Assembly (NCBI GenBank): GCA_964447495.1
Contig: CAYUTF010000101.1
Span: 1 to 10,599, forward strand
From: an uncultured archaeon
GTDB lineage: Archaea > Asgardarchaeota > Lokiarchaeia > Sigyniarchaeales > SOKP01
Direction: 5' to 3'
Length of the DNA: 10,599 nt
The translations under genes were made by a program, and so were the position numbers. The stretch's first letter is position 1. The number at the start of each line of letters is the position of its first letter. This document shows positions 1 to 7,417 of the stretch, in pieces. The notes under the pieces were generated by a model. The model did no database searches and was not told the DNA's origin. It saw only the letters and a program-made list of their open reading frames with translations.

Positions 1-74
1 AAAAATTTTATATTATTTTTGTAAAGAAGTATAAAATCATAATTTAAGATACGATTTTAACAAAATCATTAGAA

Positions 75-1805
75 ATGTCTGTTCCAGAAGAAGAACTCAA
101 ATTTTTAAAAGCATTGGAGAATGTGATTGGGATTGAAATTCCTTTAGTAAAAGAATTGTATAGCTATTCTTTAGGATATACTATTAACAATAATCATATT
201 GATGGATTAGGATTATTTTCTTGTGGCTTACATTCGATCCCAGAAAAGATAAATGTTCTTTCTTCATTAAGGACATTGCTCATCCGAGGTAATAAATTAA
301 GGGTAATACCAGAAGAATTATTCCTTATAATGTCGTTAGAATCATTAGATTTGAGTGAAAATAAACTATCAAAATTACCAATTACCATTTATTCTGCCAC
401 TTCTTTAAAAGAATTACATTTAGAATCGAATAGTCTCAGTTATTTGCCGAGTTCAATAACAGAGCTTCATTCATTAGAATTTTTAGATTTAAGTGAAAAT
501 AAATTAAAAAAGTTATCGGAAAATATATTTTCTTTACAGAAATTAAAAAGTTTAGATTTAAGTAGAAATGGCTTAGAAAAAATTTCTAATGAAATCGAGA
601 AGCTGCAAAATTTAGAAGTACTATATTTAGGTAATAATGCATTGACCTCACTACCGACAGGTATTGGTTCCCTACAATCCTTAAAGAGATTAAATTTACG
701 AAACAATAAGTTAAGCGAACTTCCTGATTCCATTAGCAATTTAACTGCTCTTAGATCTTTATTTTTAAAAGGAAATTTTCTCATTAGATTGCCCGAATCA
801 ATAGGTAATTTAAAAAATCTTAAATATTTAGGGTTATCCTCAAATAGATTATCAACCCTTCCTAATTCTATAGGTTCACTTAAATCTTTAGAAAATTTAA
901 GTTTATCTTCAAACTCTTTAACATCGCTTCCATCTTCTATTGGAACATTAGAATCTTTACTAAGATTAGAAATATCAGCAAATAAATTAAAAGAATTTCC
1001 AGAAATAGAGAATTTAACTTCTTTGCAAATTTTAAGACTTGATAGGAATAATTTAAAAATGCTTCCAAATTCCATTGGCAGTTTAAATTCTTTAGAATCA
1101 TTAAAAATTGATAGAAATGAGCTTGAAATACTTCCTGACTCTATTTGTCAGCTTATAAATCTTAAAGAATTAGACCTATATGATAATAAATTAAAAAAGC
1201 TCCCTCATAATATCGGAAAGCTATCTTTACTAACAATTTTAGATTTAAGTAAGAATCTTTTGACTAGTTTACCTGAGTCAATAGGATCTTTGTATAAGTT
1301 AAAAGAATTAGATGTTTCAACTAATAAATTGGACAGTTTAGTATCAACAATTGGATCAATTCCTAATTTGAAAAATTTAATTTTAGGATTCAATCGACTT
1401 AAGACTATCCCAGAGACCATTGGATCGTTAAAGAATTTGGAAAACTTAGATATAGGTAAAAATGCTTTGATGGACGTTCCTGAATCTATTGGATCATTAA
1501 AGGCTTTAAAGAGATTATATTTATATTATAATAATTTAACCAGTATACCTGAGTCAATTGGAAATTTAAAATCTTTAAAATATCTCTACTTAGGAAATAA
1601 TAATCTTACTCATCTTCCAGAGTCTATTGGAAATTTAAAATCGTTGAAATATTTGTTTTTGCGAGGAAATGCTATAACCGAGCTTCCAGAAACATTAGAG
1701 TCGCTAACCTCTCTAAAATATTTAAACTTGGAAAAAAACACTCTTACTAAGATACCTGAAATCCTTGATAAATTAGAAGATAGAGATGTAAGAATATTCA
1801 AATAA
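75..1805 (+). CDS. Leucine-rich repeat protein (stand-alone, 23-aa SHOC2/LAP-like LRRs)
   Basis: 576-aa ORF that parses exactly as a 51-aa N-terminal cap, 22 LRRs (consensus LxxLPxSIGxLxxLxxLxLxxNx) and a 20-aa C-terminal cap. No signal peptide, transmembrane segment or enzymatic domain is visible. Confidence 0.96.
   Translation: MSVPEEELKFLKALENVIGIEIPLVKELYSYSLGYTINNNHIDGLGLFSCGLHSIPEKINVLSSLRTLLIRGNKLRVIPEELFLIMSLESLDLSENKLSKLPITIYSATSLKELHLESNSLSYLPSSITELHSLEFLDLSENKLKKLSENIFSLQKLKSLDLSRNGLEKISNEIEKLQNLEVLYLGNNALTSLPTGIGSLQSLKRLNLRNNKLSELPDSISNLTALRSLFLKGNFLIRLPESIGNLKNLKYLGLSSNRLSTLPNSIGSLKSLENLSLSSNSLTSLPSSIGTLESLLRLEISANKLKEFPEIENLTSLQILRLDRNNLKMLPNSIGSLNSLESLKIDRNELEILPDSICQLINLKELDLYDNKLKKLPHNIGKLSLLTILDLSKNLLTSLPESIGSLYKLKELDVSTNKLDSLVSTIGSIPNLKNLILGFNRLKTIPETIGSLKNLENLDIGKNALMDVPESIGSLKALKRLYLYYNNLTSIPESIGNLKSLKYLYLGNNNLTHLPESIGNLKSLKYLFLRGNAITELPETLESLTSLKYLNLEKNTLTKIPEILDKLEDRDVRIFK
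228..1742 (+). repeat. Coding tandem repeat array, 69-bp period (22 LRR units; unit 12 is 66 bp)
   Basis: Manual alignment of the translation gives 21 units of 23 aa and one of 22 aa (987-1052). Units are diverged at DNA level. The exact 17-mer ATTGGAAATTTAAAATC recurs at 1557-1573 and 1626-1642, 69 bp apart. Confidence 0.9.
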
Positions 1806-1914
1806 GAGATTCTTATTTTAATCATTTAAGTTATATCAATTTTTGGATATAAATCATAAAAGTTAAAATGTATATAGACGAAAATATTACTATATTACAT
1901 AATAAAGTTTTACA

Positions 1915-1920
1915 AGGTGA
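1915..1920 (+). promoter_or_regulatory. Shine-Dalgarno-like ribosome binding site for the AOR gene
   Basis: AGGTGA lies 8 nt upstream of the ATG at 1929 and matches the archaeal-type (GG)AGGTGA SD. Confidence 0.6.
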
Positions 1921-1928
1921 ATGGTTTT

Positions 1929-3767
1929 ATGAAAGGATTTGTAGGAAAATTATTGATTGTTGATTTGACTCATAATGAAATTTCTGATGAACCAATTGAT
2001 GAAAACATTGCTAAGAATTTTTTAGGAGGGGCGGGATACTGTTCTAAATATTTATATGATAAGATCCATAAAAATACTGACCCATTATCTCCAGATAATA
2101 TTTTAATGTTTATGACGGGGGTATTTTGTGGTTCTAATGCACCAACAAGCGGTAGATTTGCTGTATGCGCTAAATCACCGTTTACAGGACTATGGGGTGA
2201 ATCAAATTGTGGTGGATTTTTTGGTCCAGAGATTAGGAAAGCCGGTTATGATGGTATCGTAATAAAAGGGGCTTCGGAAAAACCAGTATATCTTGATATC
2301 AATGAAAACGAAATTAAACTTAAAGATGCTTCATTTTTATGGGGAAAGGGTATATTTGAAACTTCTAAAATTTTAAAAGAAAAGTCCGGTTCCGAATTAA
2401 CTCGTATAGCCTGTATTGGTCAAGCAGGAGAAAATTTAGTAAAATATGCTACAATAGCATCTGAAGAGAAAGCTGCTGGTAGAACTGGTATGGGTGCAGT
2501 AATGGGTTCAAAAAAGTTAAAGGCAATAGCTATAAGAGGTAAGAAAACATCTTATAATGCAGTAAAACCAGAAGAATTTAAAGAAGCAGTAAAGAAAACT
2601 ATTGATGATGTAATGGCCTCCTTTGCCACGCAAATGTTTGGCATATTAGGCACGTCTGGAGGGGTGGATAAATGGAATTCGGAGGGAGAGTTACCAATTA
2701 AGTATTGGACATTAGGGACATGGGAACCCGCTTTTGACATCTCAGGTGCGTCTGCATCTGAAAAAATTTTTACCAGAAGTTATCCTTGCTTTTCGTGTCC
2801 AATTGGATGTGCGAAAAAAGCCGTGGTTAAAGAAGGAGAGTTTAAAACGGATGGTGAAATTGAGGCTGCCGAATACGAAACGGTTGTAGGATTCGGATCT
2901 CTCATTTTAAATAATGATCTAGAATCAATTCAAACCGCTAATTACATGTGTAATGATTTGGGATTCGACACTATTAGTGGAAGTAGCACTATTGCTTTCA
3001 TTTATTATTTATATAATGATAATAAGATAAGATCTGATGATGTTGATGGGTTAAAGCCAGAATGGGGTGATATTCATCCTGCGTTGGAAATGATTAAAAA
3101 AATAGCTCAACGGGAAGGTATTGGAGATATATTAGCTGAAGGATCTGATGCAGTGGGTGAAAAATTTAATATATCTAAGGATGAAATTGCTACTTGTTAT
3201 GGTATGGAAGTACCTTACCATGATTTACGGCGTTGTTATGGTAATGCTATTGCTTATGGGATAGCTACCACCCGAGGACCTTGCCATACGGCATGTGATC
3301 CATATTATGCATTATTAGGTTTGCCTCTTGATGAATTTGGGATAGATGGAAGTATAAACTGGTATTCTGATGGAGCGGATATGGCAGAGGTAAGTGCTAG
3401 AATTCAAGATTACCGAGCAATATACAATTCGCTGATAATGTGTGCTTTCTGTAATCCACCTCCCTCTATGGTTATTAATATGCTGAACACAGCTACTGGA
3501 CTTAATTTTAACATGGATCAATTCAAACTTTTAGGCGAGCGTCTCTATATGATAAAAAGATTATTCAATTTAAAAATGGGTATAACTCCTGATGATGATA
3601 AACTACCGAAAATTTTGCTCAAACCCTTAAATGAAGGTGGTTCAGCAGGTAAGACTCCTGATTTTGATAAACTCAAGAAAGCGTTATATAAATACAGAAC
3701 CTTCGATTTCAATACTGGGTATCCAAATCAAGAAAAATTAAGAACTATAGGTTTAGATAATCTTTAA
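1929..3767 (+). CDS. aor: Aldehyde:ferredoxin oxidoreductase family protein (tungstopterin, 4Fe-4S)
   Basis: Family motifs: MKGFVGKLLIVDLT N-terminus, KSPFTG..GESNCGG, AAGRTGMGAVMGSKKLKAIA, CxxCxxxC (CFSCPIGC, 2787-2810), EYET, DLGFDTIS, RGPCH and a later MCAF cysteine. I prefer ATG 1929 over the GTG at 1917 because of the SD spacing and the family-typical N-terminus. Confidence 0.95.
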   Translation: MKGFVGKLLIVDLTHNEISDEPIDENIAKNFLGGAGYCSKYLYDKIHKNTDPLSPDNILMFMTGVFCGSNAPTSGRFAVCAKSPFTGLWGESNCGGFFGPEIRKAGYDGIVIKGASEKPVYLDINENEIKLKDASFLWGKGIFETSKILKEKSGSELTRIACIGQAGENLVKYATIASEEKAAGRTGMGAVMGSKKLKAIAIRGKKTSYNAVKPEEFKEAVKKTIDDVMASFATQMFGILGTSGGVDKWNSEGELPIKYWTLGTWEPAFDISGASASEKIFTRSYPCFSCPIGCAKKAVVKEGEFKTDGEIEAAEYETVVGFGSLILNNDLESIQTANYMCNDLGFDTISGSSTIAFIYYLYNDNKIRSDDVDGLKPEWGDIHPALEMIKKIAQREGIGDILAEGSDAVGEKFNISKDEIATCYGMEVPYHDLRRCYGNAIAYGIATTRGPCHTACDPYYALLGLPLDEFGIDGSINWYSDGADMAEVSARIQDYRAIYNSLIMCAFCNPPPSMVINMLNTATGLNFNMDQFKLLGERLYMIKRLFNLKMGITPDDDKLPKILLKPLNEGGSAGKTPDFDKLKKALYKYRTFDFNTGYPNQEKLRTIGLDNL

Positions 3768-3775
3768 CATATTCA

Positions 3776-3827
3776 TTTTTTTACGTATTTACTCTTAAAT
3801 TTAAAAATTTCTTTTTTTTTCCTTCTT
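3776..3827 (+). terminator. Probable archaeal-type oligo-T terminator of aor
   Basis: T7 at 3776-3782 and TTTC-T9-CCTTCTT at 3808-3827 follow the aor stop, with no GC-rich hairpin. Confidence 0.5.
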
Positions 3828-3837
3828 ATATTATAAG

Positions 3838-3845
3838 TTTAAATA
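3838..3845 (+). promoter_or_regulatory. Candidate archaeal TATA box for the hutUHI transcript (probably leaderless or short-leader)
   Basis: TTTAAATA sits 30-23 nt upstream of the hutU ATG (3868), and there is no SD before hutU. The AT-rich background lowers specificity. Confidence 0.5.
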
Positions 3846-3867
3846 TTAATGGAAGCTAGTAAGAAGT

Positions 3868-5883
3868 ATGGACAATTCAAAAGCTATACAGATAAAATTA
3901 TCAGATAAACTCCCTCCTGATCCTATTTTCATTGATGAAATTCGAAGGGCACCTAATCGTGGATATAATCTAAATCGTCAAGATACACTTCTAGCCTTGA
4001 AAAATGCATTAAGATATATCCCACAGACTTTGCATGAGAAATTAGCTCCAGAATTTCTGAATGAATTAATTACTCGGGGAAGAATATATGCTTATCGATA
4101 TAGACCAACTGGAAAAATCAAAGCTAAACCTATTGACCAATATAAAGGGATATTAGAGGCACGAGCAATTCAGGTTATGATCGATAATAATTTAAATTTT
4201 GATGTCGCCTTATATCCTTATGAATTGGTCACATACGGAGAAAGTGGGCAAGTATGTCAAAATTGGATGCAGTATCAGCTTATAAAAAAATATTTAGAAA
4301 TTTTAACGGAAGATCAAACCCTTGCTGTCATGTCTGGACACCCTTTAGGATTATTTCCTAGTACTAGAGATGCTCCGAGAGTAATTATGACAAATGGATT
4401 AATGATTGGAATGTTTGATACCTTTCAAGATTTCCAACGTGCTACTGCTTTAGGTGTTGCGAATTATGGGCAAATGACAGCCGGGGGATGGATGTATATA
4501 GGACCACAAGGAATTGTCCATGGTACATATATTACTTTATTGAATGCAGGAAGATTATATTTGAATATTCCTCCTACTGAAGGTTTAAAAGGAATTTTAT
4601 ATCTTAGTTCAGGACTAGGAGGTATGAGTGGAGCGCAAGCTAAAGCAGTTGAAATAGCAGGAGGTATAGGTGTAATTGCCGAAGTAGATGTCTCCAGAAT
4701 TAACACTCGTCATGAGCAAGGATGGGTTAGTAAAATTTCTGATAATTTAGAGGAGATTTTTAATTGGGTAGATGAGTATAGAAAACGAGGAGAAGCAATT
4801 TCAATTGCATACCAAGGTAATGTCATTGATCTCTGGAAATATGTCGTAGCTAATAATATTAAAGTAGAACTCGCTTCGGATCAAACTTCTTGTCATGCGG
4901 TTTATGACGGGGGTTATACTCCTATGGGAGTAAGTTTCCTGAACGGAAGAAAACTTTTAAAAAATGATAGAGAACGATTTAAAGAACTAGTTGATGAATC
5001 TCTTTTAGAACATTATCGATTAATTAGAATCATGTCTGAAAGAGGTACTAAATTTTACGACTATGGCAACTCATTTTTAAAAGCAATATATGATGCTGGG
5101 GCTAAAGATATTGCCATAAATGGGGATATTAAAAATGGATTCATTTTTCCATCATACGTGCAAGATATTATGGGACCAATTTGTTTTGATTACGGATATG
5201 GTCCTTTTCGGTGGGTATGTTTGAGTTTAAACCATTCCGATTTAATTAAAACCGATCAAATTGCTCTCTCTAGTATTGATCCTAATCGAAGAGCGCAAGA
5301 TAGAGATAATTGGTATTGGATTAAAAATGCAGAAAAAAACAATTTAGTGGTAGGATCGGAAGCAAGAATTCTTTATGTGGATATGCAAACGCGCATAAAA
5401 ATAGCTTTAAAATTTAATGAATCAGTCAGAAAAGGGGAGATTGGTCCGATAATGCTTGGACGAGACCATCATGATGTATCAGGTACAGATAGTCCCTTTA
5501 GAGAAACTTCTAATATCCGAGATGGAAGTAATATAATGGCAGATATGGCTCATCATTCATGGGCGGGAAATATTGCACGAGGAATGACGATGTGTGTTTT
5601 ATCGAATGGTGGTGGAGTAGGTACTGGTAAAGTAATAAATGGAGGTTTTGGATTAGTTTTAGATGGATCAGAAAGAGTAAATAGAATAATTCGATCAGCA
5701 ATAGACTGGGATGTATCTTGTGGCATTGCACGTAGAGCTTGGGCGCGAAATAAGAATGCTCTTGAAACAGCACGAGAGTGGAATAGAAAACACGATAATG
5801 GTCACATAACGCTCCCAAATTTGACTAATGATGCTTTATTGGAAGAATTAATTGATATATCTCTCTCAGAAAAAAAAAATTAA
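3868..5883 (+). CDS. hutU: Urocanate hydratase (urocanase), long ~670-aa form
   Basis: 671 aa. Motifs: GQMTAGGWMYIGPQGIVHGT, NAD-binding GLGGMSGAQ, SDQTSCH, FYDYGN, GPFRW, GRDHHDVSGTDSPFRETSNI, NGGGVG. The N-terminal extension (ALKNALRY..EFLNEL..GRIYAYRYRP) is typical of the long form. Confidence 0.97.
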   Translation: MDNSKAIQIKLSDKLPPDPIFIDEIRRAPNRGYNLNRQDTLLALKNALRYIPQTLHEKLAPEFLNELITRGRIYAYRYRPTGKIKAKPIDQYKGILEARAIQVMIDNNLNFDVALYPYELVTYGESGQVCQNWMQYQLIKKYLEILTEDQTLAVMSGHPLGLFPSTRDAPRVIMTNGLMIGMFDTFQDFQRATALGVANYGQMTAGGWMYIGPQGIVHGTYITLLNAGRLYLNIPPTEGLKGILYLSSGLGGMSGAQAKAVEIAGGIGVIAEVDVSRINTRHEQGWVSKISDNLEEIFNWVDEYRKRGEAISIAYQGNVIDLWKYVVANNIKVELASDQTSCHAVYDGGYTPMGVSFLNGRKLLKNDRERFKELVDESLLEHYRLIRIMSERGTKFYDYGNSFLKAIYDAGAKDIAINGDIKNGFIFPSYVQDIMGPICFDYGYGPFRWVCLSLNHSDLIKTDQIALSSIDPNRRAQDRDNWYWIKNAEKNNLVVGSEARILYVDMQTRIKIALKFNESVRKGEIGPIMLGRDHHDVSGTDSPFRETSNIRDGSNIMADMAHHSWAGNIARGMTMCVLSNGGGVGTGKVINGGFGLVLDGSERVNRIIRSAIDWDVSCGIARRAWARNKNALETAREWNRKHDNGHITLPNLTNDALLEELIDISLSEKKN

Positions 5884-5895
5884 AAATGAAAAAAA

Positions 5896-7416
5896 ATGAT
5901 TAAAAAATTTAATTATGGGAAAGATCATTTAACCGTTGAGTTAGCTTTAAAACTCGCTAGAGGGCAGATAAAAGGAGTAATTTTAAATGAAACAAGAGAA
6001 GAAATTGAAAAGAATTTTCAAGCAGTCCAATCGATTCTACAAGGAGATCGACTAGTCTATAGTGTTAATACTGGTTTTGGTTCCTTGTGTACAACAAAAA
6101 TAACAAGAGAAGAGTCAGGAAAATTACAAGAGAATCTTCTTAAGAGTCACAGTGTTGGTGTTGGAAATCAGATTGATCAAGAAATTTCAAAACTTATGTT
6201 AATTTTAAAAGTTCATACCTTATGTAAAGCAAATTCAGGGGTTTCAATAGATCTTATAGAAAGAATCTGTTGGCACATTGAAAATGATTATATCCCACTA
6301 GTTTTAGAACAAGGTTCGGTCGGTGCATCAGGGGACCTTGCTCCTCTCGCCCATTTATTTTTACCAATTATTGGTTTAGGCTTTTTATCACAAAATGGAA
6401 CTAAATATTTCCCCGCACATGAAATTCTTAATAGCCATCATTTAAAACCTTTAAAGCTTCATGCTAAGGAAGGGTTAGCGTTAATTAATGGAACTCAATT
6501 CATTACTGCTTATTCCATAAAGGTAATTGAGAAATTACAGAATTGTTTAGAACATGCGGATATTATTGGAACTTTTACATTGGAAGCATATTTAGCTTCA
6601 CCCCAACCTTTTAATGAGCAATTGATTAATTTGCGTCCTCACCCTGGAGCGATAAAGGTTGCAAAAAATGTAAGAAAATTATTGACTAATTCGCAATATG
6701 TTGAATCACATAAAGATTGTGGTCGCGTACAAGATCCGTATTCAATTCGCTGTATGCCTCAAGTGCATGGGGCTTCTCGAGATGCATTATCCCATCTTGA
6801 AATAATTGTTGAACGAGAATTAAATTCGATAACCGACAATCCAGTAATAATTAATAAAGATTTAACAATAAGTGGAGGAAATTTTCATGGTCAGCCTTTA
6901 GCACTTCCATTAGATTATGTAGCCCTTGCCGCATCTGAAGTAGGTAATATTTCAGATAGAAGATCATACCTCTTGCTAGAAGGTAAATGGGGGTTGCCAC
7001 CGTATCTAATTGAACATTCTGGGTTAAATTCAGGTTTTATGATTGTTCAATATTGCTCAGCAGCATTAGCTAGTGAAAATAAGTCCCTCTGTTTCCCTGC
7101 TAGTGCCGATAGTATCCCAACATCTATGGGTCAAGAAGATCATGTGAGTATGGGCTCTATTAGCGCAAGAAAAGCCTTACAAATTATTAATAATCTTGAA
7201 AATATACTTGCTATTGAGCTTTTATGTGCTGCTCAAGCTTTTGATTTCAGAAAGCCGTTGAAATCTAGTCAGATTTTAGAAGCATGTCAAACATACATTC
7301 GAGAAACGATCCCTCATGTAATAGAAGATACTATTCTATCGGAATTGATTGGAAAAGCTTTAACCATAATTCAATCTGGAAAATTAATAACACTCAGCAA
7401 AGAATTGGGGTATTAA
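5896..7416 (+). CDS. hutH: Histidine ammonia-lyase (histidase)
   Basis: 506 aa. MIO-forming ASG in GSVGASGDLAPLAH (6325-6333), VYSVNTGFG loop, HAL-type LLKSH, KEGLALINGTQ, QDPYSIRCMPQVHGA, SGGNFHGQP and GQEDHVSM. Located between hutU and hutI. Confidence 0.97.
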   Translation: MIKKFNYGKDHLTVELALKLARGQIKGVILNETREEIEKNFQAVQSILQGDRLVYSVNTGFGSLCTTKITREESGKLQENLLKSHSVGVGNQIDQEISKLMLILKVHTLCKANSGVSIDLIERICWHIENDYIPLVLEQGSVGASGDLAPLAHLFLPIIGLGFLSQNGTKYFPAHEILNSHHLKPLKLHAKEGLALINGTQFITAYSIKVIEKLQNCLEHADIIGTFTLEAYLASPQPFNEQLINLRPHPGAIKVAKNVRKLLTNSQYVESHKDCGRVQDPYSIRCMPQVHGASRDALSHLEIIVERELNSITDNPVIINKDLTISGGNFHGQPLALPLDYVALAASEVGNISDRRSYLLLEGKWGLPPYLIEHSGLNSGFMIVQYCSAALASENKSLCFPASADSIPTSMGQEDHVSMGSISARKALQIINNLENILAIELLCAAQAFDFRKPLKSSQILEACQTYIRETIPHVIEDTILSELIGKALTIIQSGKLITLSKELGY

Positions 7417-7417
7417 A

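Noticed and set aside
53-67. Inverted repeat GATTTT-AAC-AAAATC and TATAAAA (30-36) upstream of the LRR gene
   Set aside because: Short and AT-only, several alternative TATA-like boxes exist, and the upstream context is cut off by the window edge.
228-1742. 69-bp periodicity as a possible CRISPR or non-coding repeat array
   Set aside because: There is no invariant repeat/unique spacer structure. Divergence includes synonymous changes within an intact ORF, so it is a protein repeat.
194-1825. Four antisense ORFs over the LRR gene (194-388, 467-1075, 1205-1420, 1610-1825)
   Set aside because: All lie in the same shadow frame of the repetitive LRR coding sequence and mirror its periodicity, with no independent domain or start signals.
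1917-1928. GTG at 1917 as the aor start
   Set aside because: The GTG is part of the SD-like AGGTGA, and ATG 1929 gives the family-typical N-terminus.
5881-5898. HutU-HutH fusion by readthrough, since both genes share a frame and an in-frame TGA could be selenocysteine
   Set aside because: The frame reads TAA AAA TGA AAA AAA ATG. The TAA precedes the TGA, so two stops would need bypassing, and no SECIS-like hairpin is evident.
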